From assembly GCA_964434535.1 (NCBI GenBank), contig CAYSWA010000011.1, positions 744 through 64,743 of the forward strand: a DNA stretch of 64,000 nt, given 5' to 3'. The translations under genes and the position numbers were made by a program. The notes under the pieces were generated by a model, which saw only the letters and a program-made list of their open reading frames with translations, had not been told where the DNA came from and did not search any database. Positions 8,086-18,467 of this stretch are shown here, one piece after another. Source of the DNA: an uncultured candidatus Brocadiaceae bacterium. Its GTDB lineage: Bacteria; Planctomycetota; Brocadiia; SM23-32. How positions within the stretch are numbered: position 1 is the stretch's first letter; the number at the start of each line of letters is the position of its first letter.

Positions 8086-10272
8086 ATGCACCGTGCGCCA
8101 TCGACATCCAAGCGGGCCGTCGCGCTCGCCCTGCTGCTCGGCGCCCTATGCGCGGGGCCCCTGCGCCCGGCCGGGGCGCAGCCGGAGGCGCCTTCGCCGC
8201 CCCAGGGGGCCTCCCGGCCGGCGGAGGCCGTCCTGCCGCTGCCGGAAGCGATCGGCGGGGTCGCCTCGGCGATGGCCGCCCTCGGCGGGCCCGCCGACCG
8301 CTACGTGGTGGGCACGGCCCAGCGGGCGTCGCTGCTGGACGAGTATGCGCTGCACATGGTCGCCGCGCACCTGGCCTCGCTGGACCGGCGGGTCGAGCAG
8401 CTCAACGGCATGCCGCCGGATGCCGAGGCATACGCGGCCGACGAGCTGCCCGCCCCGCTGCTGCACGAGCTGCGCACGGGCGGGGCCGACCTCTACGTGC
8501 ACGTGGGCACGGCCGTCCAGAGCGGCCAGCGCTACCTGGTGGCCACGGCCTACGAGGTCGCCACGGGGCAGCTGCGCGCCCGCGCCTCGGCGCCCTGCCA
8601 CCTGCGGGAGGGGCTGGAGCTGCTGCTCGCGGGCGACCGGGCGCGGATGGACGCCGCCGATCGGCGCTGGCTGGAGCTGTTCGAGCACATGTTCGCGTCC
8701 CGCTCCCCGCAGGCGCACCAGCCGGCGGCGGCGCTGGAGCTGGCCGAGGCGCGCTTCTTCTTCCAGGCCGGCCTCTGGGAGCAGGCGGCGGAGGCGCTGG
8801 CCCGCACGGGCGCGCCGGCGCCCACCCGACCGTCTATGAAAGCGCTGATGGCCTACCAGTTGGCCGGGCAGTCCGGCGCCGCCAACGAGGCCATCGAGCA
8901 GGCGCTCAAGCAGCACTTCGACAGCGGCCCCCTCTGGGCGCTTCGCGCCTGGCTGAGCCTGCGGCAGGGGCGCGTCGACGACGCCGTGATCTACCTGGAG
9001 CAGGCCCGGCTCTCCGAGATGGCCCGCGAGGGGCTCTACCGCCATGCCGGCGCCCTGGTGGCCCTGGAGCGCGGAGACGAGGAGCTGGCAGAGCAGCAGT
9101 TCGCCCGCGCGGCGCAGTTGCTGCCCCAGACGCTTTTCGTGCAGCTCCAGGCCGCCCGCCTCTATCGCAACCGCGCCGAGCTCGACAAGGCGATCGCCTA
9201 CTACCGCCGGGCCACCGCCGCCCGCGGCGCGACCGCCGACACCTGGGGCGAGCTCGCCGTCGCACTGGAGGCCGCCGGCGACGTGGAGGGCGCCATCGAG
9301 GCGCTGCGCAGCGGCTTCCGCCTGGACAGCGGCAACCTGATGACCACGCGGCACCTGGCCACGCTGCTGCGCGGGCGCGGCCGACACGAGGAGGCGCTCG
9401 ACATCCTGAGCCGCGCGGCCGAGGCGAATCCCCGCAACTCCTCCCTGCTGGCCGCCTACGGCGACATGGCCGCCGGGATGTGGCGGGTGAGCACCGCCAC
9501 GCGGGCGTTCGAGGAGTCGATCCAGGCCAACGGCCGCTTCCCCTACGGGCAGACGCGGCTGGCCGCGATGCTCGCCCTGCGGCGACGCTACGGGGAGGCC
9601 CGGCAACTGCTGGCCGATCTGCTCGCCGTCCAGCCCGAATACGCCCCGGCACGCATCGTCGCCGCGCGCATCCTCGGGGAGCTGGCTCAGACGCAGGAGG
9701 CACTCGCCAGCCTGAAGGAGGTAACCCGAAGGGCCGACCACGAGGTAGAGGCGCGGCTCGCCCTGGTGGAGGTCTACCTCGAGGCCGAGCGGCCGGCGGA
9801 GGCGGTCGCCCCGGCGCAGATCGCCGCCTCCTCCCGGCCCGACGCCCGCAGCTTCGTGGCCCTCTCGCGCGCCTTCCTCGCCGCCGGCGACCCCGACAAG
9901 GCCCAGAGGGCGGCCGAGACCGCCCTGCAGGCGGCGCCGTCCTCGCCGGAAGCACACGTGGCCCTCGCCCGCGTCCTCACCGCCCAGGGGAAGCCGGCCG
10001 AGGCGCTCGAAGCCGCCGACCGGGCGCTGGGGCTCGACCCGTTCTGCGTGCAGGCCCTCGAGGCCTGCGGCGAGGCGGCCCGCGCCGCCGCCGAGTTCCA
10101 CAGGTGCGCCGACTTCTGGCGTCGAGCCCTCGCCCTGAACCCCTGGGACGCCGACCTGCACTACCGGCTCAGCGAGGTGCTCGGACCGAAGCTCGGCGAC
10201 TGGACCGGCACCGAGGAGCACCTGAAGCGCTACGTGGAGCTGGAGAAGCTGCGCACCGAAGCCGCGCATTGA
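8086..10272 (+). CDS. Secreted tetratricopeptide-repeat (TPR) protein
   Basis: Probable start is the internal ATG 8086 (MHRAPSTSKRAVALALLLGALCAGPLRPAGA signal peptide), followed by ~700 aa of TPR-like helical repeats. The listed ORF start 7882 would overlap the ispH promoter. Confidence 0.7.
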   Translation: MHRAPSTSKRAVALALLLGALCAGPLRPAGAQPEAPSPPQGASRPAEAVLPLPEAIGGVASAMAALGGPADRYVVGTAQRASLLDEYALHMVAAHLASLDRRVEQLNGMPPDAEAYAADELPAPLLHELRTGGADLYVHVGTAVQSGQRYLVATAYEVATGQLRARASAPCHLREGLELLLAGDRARMDAADRRWLELFEHMFASRSPQAHQPAAALELAEARFFFQAGLWEQAAEALARTGAPAPTRPSMKALMAYQLAGQSGAANEAIEQALKQHFDSGPLWALRAWLSLRQGRVDDAVIYLEQARLSEMAREGLYRHAGALVALERGDEELAEQQFARAAQLLPQTLFVQLQAARLYRNRAELDKAIAYYRRATAARGATADTWGELAVALEAAGDVEGAIEALRSGFRLDSGNLMTTRHLATLLRGRGRHEEALDILSRAAEANPRNSSLLAAYGDMAAGMWRVSTATRAFEESIQANGRFPYGQTRLAAMLALRRRYGEARQLLADLLAVQPEYAPARIVAARILGELAQTQEALASLKEVTRRADHEVEARLALVEVYLEAERPAEAVAPAQIAASSRPDARSFVALSRAFLAAGDPDKAQRAAETALQAAPSSPEAHVALARVLTAQGKPAEALEAADRALGLDPFCVQALEACGEAARAAAEFHRCADFWRRALALNPWDADLHYRLSEVLGPKLGDWTGTEEHLKRYVELEKLRTEAAH

Positions 10273-10317
10273 CCCTGGCCGCCCTCGCCCCCCCCTTGCC
10301 CGATCGGATCCCCCGCC

Positions 10318-11514
10318 ATGGAGACCATCGCAGACGGCAGCATCCTGAGCCCGGCCGGCTTCCGGGCCGGCGCCGCCCGCAGCGGCATCAAGCTCGCCCC
10401 CGGCGAGCCCGACGTGGCCCTGATCGTCCCCGACGGCCCGGCCGCGGCCGCCGGAGTCTTCACCACCAACCGGTTCGCCTCGCCGACCGTGCACTGGAAC
10501 CGCGCGCACCTGCCGGCCGAACGGGTGCGGGCGGTCGTGGTCAACGCCGGCATCGCCAACGCCGCCACCGGCCCCCAGGGAGGGCGGGACGTGGAGGCGA
10601 CGGCACAGCTCGTGGCGCAGCTGGTCGGCGGCGAGCCGGGCCAGGTCTGCGTCGCCTCAACCGGCCGGATCGGCGTGCCCCTGGCGATGGAGAAGCTGAA
10701 GGACGGCATCCGACAGGCCCACGCGCAGCTCTGCGCAGAGCAGGCGGCCGCCCGCCTGGCCGAGCGTGCCATCATGACGACCGACACCCGCCCGAAGTCC
10801 GCCGCCGTGCGTGCCGATCTGAACGGGACCGCGTTCCACGTCGGCGGCATGGCCAAGGGCAGCGGCATGATCGCCCCCCACATGGCCACCATGCTCGCCT
10901 TCGTCACGAGCGACGCCGCCGTCGAGGCCGAGGCGCTCCAGCGGGCCCTGCGCGAAGCCGTGGAGGTGACGTTCAACCGGATCACCGTCGACGGGGACAG
11001 CAGCACCAACGACACGGTGCTGGTGCTGGCCGGGGGGGCGGCCGGCGCGCGGGCCGAGGGGCCGGGGCTCGATGCCTTCGCCGAGGCGCTGCGGGCCGTG
11101 CTCGGCGACCTGGCGGCCCAGATCGTGCGCGACGGCGAAGGGGCCACGCGCGTGGCCTCCGTTCAGGTCAGCGGCGCCGCCGACGAGGGGGACGCCCTGC
11201 GCGCGGCCCGCGCCGTCGCCGAGTCGCAGCTCTTCAAGTGCGCCCTGCACGGCGCCGACCCGAACTGGGGCCGCATCGTCTGCGCGCTCGGCTACTCGGG
11301 CGCGCAGGTGGACCCGGCGCGCACCAGCGTCCACATCGGCGGCGTCTGCGTGCTGGAGGCCGGCGCGCCGACCCACATCGACGCCACCGGCGAGATGGCA
11401 GCAGACGACGTGCATGTCCGCGTCGAACTGGGCCTGGGCGGTGGCGAGGCGACGGTGCGCACCTGCGACCTGAGCGCGGAGTACGTGCGGATCAACTCGG
11501 CCTACCCTACCTGA
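10318..11514 (+). CDS. argJ: Bifunctional ornithine acetyltransferase / N-acetylglutamate synthase ArgJ
   Basis: 398 aa; the ATML autoproteolysis site context ([11 protein letters not shown]), full-length ArgJ similarity. Confidence 0.9.
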   Translation: METIADGSILSPAGFRAGAARSGIKLAPGEPDVALIVPDGPAAAAGVFTTNRFASPTVHWNRAHLPAERVRAVVVNAGIANAATGPQGGRDVEATAQLVAQLVGGEPGQVCVASTGRIGVPLAMEKLKDGIRQAHAQLCAEQAAARLAERAIMTTDTRPKSAAVRADLNGTAFHVGGMAKGSGMIAPHMATMLAFVTSDAAVEAEALQRALREAVEVTFNRITVDGDSSTNDTVLVLAGGAAGARAEGPGLDAFAEALRAVLGDLAAQIVRDGEGATRVASVQVSGAADEGDALRAARAVAESQLFKCALHGADPNWGRIVCALGYSGAQVDPARTSVHIGGVCVLEAGAPTHIDATGEMAADDVHVRVELGLGGGEATVRTCDLSAEYVRINSAYPT

Positions 11515-11539
11515 GTTCGGTGTAGATAGACGCCACACG

Positions 11540-11558
11540 TGTGACTCAGTATGTCACA
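11540..11558. promoter_or_regulatory. AT-containing palindrome TGTGAC-N7-GTCACA (overlapping CACACGTGTG) just downstream of argJ
   Basis: Perfect 6-bp inverted repeat read directly; possible protein-binding site or weak hairpin. No U-tract follows. Confidence 0.3.
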
Positions 11559-11926
11559 TCCGGCGTGCCGGGCCGTCGCCCGCTCGCTCTCAGAAGCGCA
11601 CGCCTCCAGCAGCACTCGCCGTTCTATCCTCAATGCTAAAAGCAGCTTGCGCCGCACGGCTCGGGCCCCTGGGGGCCGGGCGAGGCGGCGCAGCGACCGC
11701 ACCTGCGGCATGGCATGTCGTTTGCCCTTTAGCAGCATTCCTGGGCGCAGTTCCGCCCAGGAACGGGGAGGTCACGGGATACGGTTATCTGTTTGGCGGC
11801 GCACCGTTCCCCCTCCACCGCCTCAGGTCTCCTGTGGCCTTCCCATTTCATCCTCACCGCCGGCCTCGTGCACCAGCTCGACCATGCGCTCCATCCGGGG
11901 CCGGGAACTATACCTGCGACCGACAC

Positions 11927-11955
11927 TTGCCGCCGTCGCCGCCGCCCGCTATAAT
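11927..11955 (+). promoter_or_regulatory. Sigma-70 promoter of rpsO-pnp (TTGCCG-N17-TATAAT)
   Basis: -35 at 11927-11932 and -10 at 11950-11955; ~77 nt upstream of the rpsO ATG. TATAAT is rare in this ~70% GC sequence. Confidence 0.55.
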
Positions 11956-12031
11956 GGGGGCCGTTGTGCGGTATCGCGCATCGGGCATGTGCTCCCGCGT
12001 GCCCGGCTCTTCCCACGGATCAAGAGCGGAC

Positions 12032-12295
12032 ATGGACAAGCAGCGTAAGACCGAGGTGGTCGAACAGCACCGGCTCCACGAGGCGGACAGCGGCTCGCCC
12101 GAGGTGCAGATAGCCGTGCTGACCGAGCGCATCAACGAGCTGACCGAGCATCTGCGCCGTCACAAGAAGGACCATTCTTCGCGGCGGGGGCTGCTGAAGA
12201 TGGTCGGCAAGCGGTCCGCGTTGCTGAAGTACCTCACGCGGGAGGACCCGGGGCGGTATCGCAGGATTGTCGAGGCGTTGAAGTTGCGGAAGTAG
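12032..12295 (+). CDS. rpsO: 30S ribosomal protein S15
   Basis: 87 aa, [68 protein letters not shown]; typical S15. The listed 220-aa ORF is an upstream extension. Confidence 0.92.
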   Translation: MDKQRKTEVVEQHRLHEADSGSPEVQIAVLTERINELTEHLRRHKKDHSSRRGLLKMVGKRSALLKYLTREDPGRYRRIVEALKLRK

Positions 12296-12380
12296 AGGAT
12301 AGAGCGCTAACGAAGCCCGCCTTTTTGACCGTGCAGCCCGGCAACGGTGGTGGCGCGAGTTCCCCCCTGCCATTGAGCCG

Positions 12381-12415
12381 GGCCGCAGCCCTGCCCCGCC
12401 ACGGGGACTGCGGCC
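12381..12415 (+). promoter_or_regulatory. GC-rich stem-loop in the rpsO-pnp intergenic leader (candidate RNase III / PNPase autoregulatory hairpin)
   Basis: GGCCGCAG...CTGCGGCC 8-bp stem with an inner CCCC/GGGG pairing, in the 270-nt leader preceding pnp. The position is analogous to the E. coli pnp leader processing site. Confidence 0.3.
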
Positions 12416-12565
12416 GGAGGGCGCCAGCCGGGGCCGAGTTACCGCTGAACTGAGGGGGATGCGTGCGTCCCGCTCCGGGCGCCGTTGAGCGCGGCACGGG
12501 ATGCCGCGCCGCGCAATCGAGCGGATCATTCGGATGCCTTAGCTGCTGTGAAGGAAGAACGGATC

Positions 12566-14662
12566 GTGAAGACAAGAGTAGAGAGAACGATAGCGGACAG
12601 GACGTTGAGTTTCGAGACGGGCGAGCTTGCCAGGCAGGCCGGCGGAGCCGTCATCGCGCAGTACGGGGAGTCCGTGGTCCTGGCCACCGCCGTGGCCGTG
12701 GAGGACAGGCGCAACGTGCCCTTCTTCCCCCTGACGATGGAGTACCGCGAGAAGCAGTACGCGGCCGGCCAGTTCCCCGGGGGCATCATCAAGCGCGAGG
12801 GCCGGCCCACCACCAAGGAGACGCTGACCTGCCGGCTGATGGACCGGCCGATCCGGCCGCTCTTCCCCGACGACTACCACGAGGACGTGCAGGTCATCGC
12901 GTGGGTGCTCAGCTCGGACGGAGAGAACGACCCCGACGTGCTGGCCATGAACGCCGCCTCGGCGGCGCTGGCCATCAGCGACATCCCCTTCCTGGGCCCG
13001 ATCGGCTCGTCCCGCGTGGGGCTGGCCGGCGACGAGTTCGTCCTCAACCCGCTGCACGAGCAGCGCGAGAACGCAGAGCTGGACATCGTCGTCAGCAGCA
13101 GGAGCGATTCGGTGGTCATGGTCGAGGGCTCGGCCCACGTGATCCCCGAGGACGACCTGGTCACCGCCATCGGGTGCGCTCACGACGCCAACGTGGAGGT
13201 CGTGGCGCTCATCCGGGAGCTGGTCGAGCTGTGCGGCAAGGCGAAGCGCAGCTACGAGCCGTACATGGACCTGAGCGGGGTGATGGACATCGTCAGGACC
13301 CGCTATCGTGAGCGCGTGGCCGAGGCGCGGCGCACGCCGGGCAAGCTGGCGCGGGCCGAAGCAGTCGGCAAGATTCAGACGGAAGCGATCGAGGAGCTCT
13401 GCGACCCCGAAGACCAGCAGGCGCCGAGCGCCCGCGAGCTCTCCGCGGCCTTCGACCAGCTCGAGAACGAGCTGCTGCGCGAGCAGGTCCTCAAGCAGCG
13501 GGTCCGCGTGGACGGACGGGCCTTCGACGAGGTGCGCGCCGTAACGTGCCGGGTGGCGGTGCTGCCGCGCACGCACGGCTCGGCCGTCTTCACCCGCGGC
13601 GAGACACAGGCGCTGGCGGTAGCCACGCTCGGCACCGTGCATGACGAGCAGCGGATCCTGGACCCGCTGGTGGAGGAGCCGGCCAAGAAGTTCATGCTCC
13701 ACTACAACTTCCCGCCCTTCAGCGTCGGCGAGATGAAGCCGATCCGCGGGCCCGGCCGCCGCGAGATCGGCCACGGCGAGCTCGCCGAGCGCGCCCTCCG
13801 GTGCGTGCTGCCCGACTCCGAGACCTTCCCCTACACGATCCGGATCGTGGCCGACATCCTGGAGTCCAACGGCTCCTCCTCGATGGCGAGCGTCTGCGGG
13901 GGCACGCTCTGCCTGATGGACGCGGGCGTCCCGATCAGCCAGCCCGTGGCCGGGGTCACCGTCGGCCTGATCAAGCAGGGCGATGAGTCGATCCTGCTGA
14001 CCGACATCGCCGGCTCGGAGGACCATCACGGCGACATGGACATGAAGGTGGCCGGCACCCAGCACGGCGTGACGTCCGTCCAGATGGACCTGAAGGTGAC
14101 CGGCGTGGGCGTCGAGCTGCTGCGCCGCGCCCTGAACCAGGCGCGCGAGGGGCGCATGCAGATACTGCGCGCGATGCTCCAGACGCTCGACAGGCCCCGC
14201 CCCGACACCTCGCCCTACGCGCCGATGCTGGTGAAGGTCATGATCGACCCGGACCTGATCGGCAAGCTGATCGGCCCCGGCGGCAAGACGATCAAGGGCC
14301 TCGAAGAGAAGTACGAGTGCACCATCGAGGTCGAGGACGACGGGTCGGTGACCGTCTCCAGCGAGCGCGGCGGGCGGGCCGACGAGGCGGCCCAGTACAT
14401 CCGCCAGCTCGGCCAGAAGATCGAGGTCGGCACCATCTACGACGGCGTGGTGACCGATCTGAAGGACTTCGGCGCCATCGTGGAGCTTTTCCCCGGCGCC
14501 GACGGCCTCTGCCACATCAGCCAGCTCGACGAGGGCTACGTCAAGGAGGTCACCGACGTGTGCAAGGTCGGCGACCGCATCCCGGTCAAAGTCCTCAGCG
14601 TCGAGGACAACCGCGTGCGGCTGAGCCGCAAGGCCGCCCTGCAGGAGCGCGGCGAGACGTAA
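12566..14662 (+). CDS. pnp: Polyribonucleotide nucleotidyltransferase (PNPase)
   Basis: The likely start is GTG 12566 (VKTRVERTIADRTL...), preceded by AAGGAAG at 12551-12557. Two RNase PH domains, KH and S1 domains in a ~699-aa product. The listed ORF start 12485 is a TTG extension. Confidence 0.92.
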   Translation: MKTRVERTIADRTLSFETGELARQAGGAVIAQYGESVVLATAVAVEDRRNVPFFPLTMEYREKQYAAGQFPGGIIKREGRPTTKETLTCRLMDRPIRPLFPDDYHEDVQVIAWVLSSDGENDPDVLAMNAASAALAISDIPFLGPIGSSRVGLAGDEFVLNPLHEQRENAELDIVVSSRSDSVVMVEGSAHVIPEDDLVTAIGCAHDANVEVVALIRELVELCGKAKRSYEPYMDLSGVMDIVRTRYRERVAEARRTPGKLARAEAVGKIQTEAIEELCDPEDQQAPSARELSAAFDQLENELLREQVLKQRVRVDGRAFDEVRAVTCRVAVLPRTHGSAVFTRGETQALAVATLGTVHDEQRILDPLVEEPAKKFMLHYNFPPFSVGEMKPIRGPGRREIGHGELAERALRCVLPDSETFPYTIRIVADILESNGSSSMASVCGGTLCLMDAGVPISQPVAGVTVGLIKQGDESILLTDIAGSEDHHGDMDMKVAGTQHGVTSVQMDLKVTGVGVELLRRALNQAREGRMQILRAMLQTLDRPRPDTSPYAPMLVKVMIDPDLIGKLIGPGGKTIKGLEEKYECTIEVEDDGSVTVSSERGGRADEAAQYIRQLGQKIEVGTIYDGVVTDLKDFGAIVELFPGADGLCHISQLDEGYVKEVTDVCKVGDRIPVKVLSVEDNRVRLSRKAALQERGET

Positions 14663-14702
14663 TGGCCGGCGCGCCCTCGCCTCCCCCGGAGAAGAGGCCG
14701 CC

Positions 14703-16067
<1,365 letters not shown>

Positions 16068-16126
16068 GGGCACGGGCGCAGCGCAGCGAGAACCTGTTGC
16101 CTTTCGCGAAAAAGCGCGGCTTTCAC

Positions 16127-16156
16127 TTGCAGCGCACTTGCGCGCGCTGTTAGAAT
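16127..16156 (+). promoter_or_regulatory. Putative extended -10 promoter (TTGCAG-N18-TGtTAGAAT) with no CDS immediately downstream
   Basis: Read directly; followed by ~450 nt lacking a convincing ORF and containing two adjacent hairpins (16316-16349, 16350-16381). Confidence 0.3.
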
Positions 16157-16553
16157 GTGATACGCATACTGAAGGCGGGGCTGAGGCGAGACGATTCCTA
16201 ACTGTTGGCCCGCTGAGGTTTACGGCAAAAAGAGTGGACAGGGGAGGGATTGAGCGGCTGGTTTCGGTAACGGCATAGTCTTTGCTCTACTTCAAGCAGC
16301 TGCCTGTCCCTAAATCACGACGCTCCCACCTGAAAAGAAAGCGTCGTGAGCTGTCGGGTGAGCGCCCCCCTCCCCGACAGCAGCCCCTCTTGCGGGTGGG
16401 CTTACCCCAGCCCACCCGCAATATTGTACCCACCCGACCCCCACGGCAAAGCTCCATCGCAGAGCGCGCCGAGAACGCCGAGAGCGGCACGGATACGATC
16501 ACGGCCCCGCCTCAGCCCGCCCTCGGCCGTTGCCGTGGACGCCGTGCGCCCTC

Positions 16554-16582
16554 TTGTCGGAGCGGCGCGGCCCCCCTATAAT
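16554..16582 (+). promoter_or_regulatory. Sigma-70 promoter (TTGTCG-N17-TATAAT) for lipoprotein-tsaB-uspA-nrdJ operon
   Basis: -35 at 16554-16559 and -10 at 16577-16582, followed by GCCCC-TTCGA-GGGGC hairpin and RBS GGAGGG. Confidence 0.5.
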
Positions 16583-16621
16583 GCCCCTTCGAGGGGCTTC
16601 GACCGCACGCGGAGGGATGCC

Positions 16622-17275
16622 GTGCAATCCACGCCAAGCGCCGCCTGGTTCGTGGTGCTGCTGGCGATGCTGCCCGGCTGCGCGGTGCGCAACTGCTTCA
16701 CCGTGGAGACCCAGGGGCGCTACGCCGCCACGCCGCCGGGCCGCTCGGCGGTGCTGCGCGTCACCTGCCCCGAGTGGGGGCCAATCAGGACGGGCAAGGA
16801 GACCTGGGGCGTGATCGAAACGGCGAACGCCGCCGGCCGCTTCGCCGAGTTCCTGGCCCACGCCGCCCGCGCGCAGGGCGGCATGGACGTGGCGACTCCC
16901 TACGACGTAGCGGGCGAGCTCGCCGAGGCCGGCCTCGAGCCGACCCTCGAGCCGACCGACGAGCAGCTCGCCCGCTTCGCCGAGGTCCTCGGCTGCCGCA
17001 CCTACCTCACCGCCCGCGTGGCCCTGTGGCGATACAGCTACTTCCTGCTCGCCTCTTCGGCCGAGCTCGAGTGCAGCGTGGCCTGCCACGACGCGGCCGA
17101 CGGGCGCGTGATCTGGCAGGCCCAGGTGCGCCGGGCCGCCCGCGGCACCAGCGACCGCGAGCTGGCGGCCGCCGCCATGCGCGAGCTGTTCCTGCAGATG
17201 CGCGCCAGGCCGGCCACGGCGCCGGCCGAGCCCTGCCCGCCCCTTGCCGAAGAGAGGGCGGAGGCGATGCCGTGA
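16622..17275 (+). CDS. Putative lipoprotein (hypothetical)
   Basis: Start GTG 16622 after GGAGGG. Signal peptide VQSTPSAAWFVVLLAMLPGC with the lipobox LPGC. The listed longer ORF from 16346 is low-complexity upstream. Its stop overlaps the tsaB start (GTGA). Confidence 0.6.
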   Translation: MQSTPSAAWFVVLLAMLPGCAVRNCFTVETQGRYAATPPGRSAVLRVTCPEWGPIRTGKETWGVIETANAAGRFAEFLAHAARAQGGMDVATPYDVAGELAEAGLEPTLEPTDEQLARFAEVLGCRTYLTARVALWRYSYFLLASSAELECSVACHDAADGRVIWQAQVRRAARGTSDRELAAAAMRELFLQMRARPATAPAEPCPPLAEERAEAMP

Positions 17276-17961
17276 TCGCGCTCGGCATAGAGACCAGCGG
17301 CCGCATCGGCAGCGTCGCCCTCTGCGAAGACGCCCGCCCGCTCGCCGCCCACACCTTCCCCGAGGGCGCCCGCCACGCGCGGGACATTATGCCCGCCGTC
17401 GCCCGGGTCATGGGCGAGTCCGGGCTCGCCGAAGGAGATGTCGACGCCGTGGCGGTCAGCCAGGGGCCCGGCTCGTTCACCGGCCTGCGCATCGGCGTCA
17501 CCTGCGCGAAGGCGCTCGCCTGGGCCCTCGGCTGGAGGTCCGTCGGCGTGCCCTCGCTGGAGGTGATGGTCCAGAACGTGCCGGGCGGCGAGGACTTGCT
17601 CGCCGCCTGCCCCACGCGGGATGCGCGGCGAGGCCGCGTATACGGCACCGTGTTCAGGTGGACCGACGGGCGCTGGGCGGACACGACCGGCGTCCTGCTG
17701 CTGCCGCCGCAGGAGCTGGCCGCGCGCATACCGGAAGGGGCCGTGGTCTTCGGCACGGGCCTCGGCGCCTGCCCGCAGGTCCTGGGCGACGAACGGTTCC
17801 GCCGGGGCGAGCCGGGCTGGCAGGTGGGCCGCGCAGAGGCCGTCTGCCGCCTGGGGATCGAGCGCGTGCGCCGCGGACAGGACGTGGACCCGATGGTGCT
17901 GATGCCGCGCTACTATCGGCTGACCGAAGCCGAAGAGAAACTGGAGCCCGCCGGGAGCTGA
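17272..17961 (+). CDS. tsaB: tRNA threonylcarbamoyladenosine biosynthesis protein TsaB (YeaZ)
   Basis: VIALGIETSGRIGSVAL...VAVSQGPGSFTGLRIG...; 229 aa. GTG start overlaps the upstream stop. RBS GGAGG. Confidence 0.8.
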   Translation: MIALGIETSGRIGSVALCEDARPLAAHTFPEGARHARDIMPAVARVMGESGLAEGDVDAVAVSQGPGSFTGLRIGVTCAKALAWALGWRSVGVPSLEVMVQNVPGGEDLLAACPTRDARRGRVYGTVFRWTDGRWADTTGVLLLPPQELAARIPEGAVVFGTGLGACPQVLGDERFRRGEPGWQVGRAEAVCRLGIERVRRGQDVDPMVLMPRYYRLTEAEEKLEPAGS

Positions 17962-17996
17962 CCCCGTTCGCCCCCGGCCCGAGAAAGGACGCAGAC

Positions 17997-18467
17997 ATGG
18001 CAGAGCCGAGCATCTCCCAGATCGTCTGTGCGGTGGACTTCTCCGACTACTCCCGCCACGCCCTCGACTACGCCGTCTACATGGCGGAGGTCTTCGAGGC
18101 GGAGCTGAAGCTCGTGCACGTGGTCGAGCTGCCCTTCCTGCCCTCCTACTCGCTGGCCGGCGTCCCCGACCTGAGCATGCCGGTCGACGAGATCGAGGCC
18201 GGCGCGCGGGGGCAGCTCCAGGAGCTGCTTGACCAGGTCCGCCAGGACCATGAGCGCGTCGAGGGCGAGGTGCGCACCGGCTCCGCCTTCCTGGAGATCA
18301 TCACCTGCGCGCGGGAGACCGGCGCCGACCTGATCATCGTCGGCACCCACGGGCGCACGGGCCTGCGTCACATGATCATGGGCAGCGTCGCCGAGAAGGT
18401 CGTGCGCAAGGCGCCCTGCCCCGTGCTCTCCGTGCGCCACCCCGACCACGAGTTCGAGATGCCGTGA
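17997..18467 (+). CDS. Universal stress protein (UspA family)
   Basis: 156 aa; LVHVVE...IIVGTHGRTGLRHMIMGSVAEKVVRKAPCPVLSV. RBS GAAAGGA. The stop overlaps the nrdJ GTG start. Confidence 0.8.
   Translation: MAEPSISQIVCAVDFSDYSRHALDYAVYMAEVFEAELKLVHVVELPFLPSYSLAGVPDLSMPVDEIEAGARGQLQELLDQVRQDHERVEGEVRTGSAFLEIITCARETGADLIIVGTHGRTGLRHMIMGSVAEKVVRKAPCPVLSVRHPDHEFEMP

Noticed and set aside
6666-11525. 1619-aa ORF on plus strand (and similar long ORFs 20232..22361, 23769..25880, 40883..43603, 49627..51918, 51087..53723, 62084..63790)
   Set aside because: Their translations are extreme Arg/Pro/Gly/Ala low-complexity. They run antisense or out of frame to genes with clear homology (ispH, TPR protein, argJ, the permease, the GltD/HdrA-like gene, GH3/GH1, pstAC, the paralogs). 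These are typical stop-codon-poor frames of ~70% GC DNA.
11540-11558. CRP binding site
   Set aside because: Half-sites TGTGA/TCACA are present but the spacing is 9, not 6. Reported only as a generic palindrome.
16160-16400. RNase P RNA / SRP RNA / 6S RNA
   Set aside because: No conserved motifs recognised by eye (for example GGAAGCAGCC of SRP or RNase P P4 sequences). Left as an unclassified candidate sRNA.
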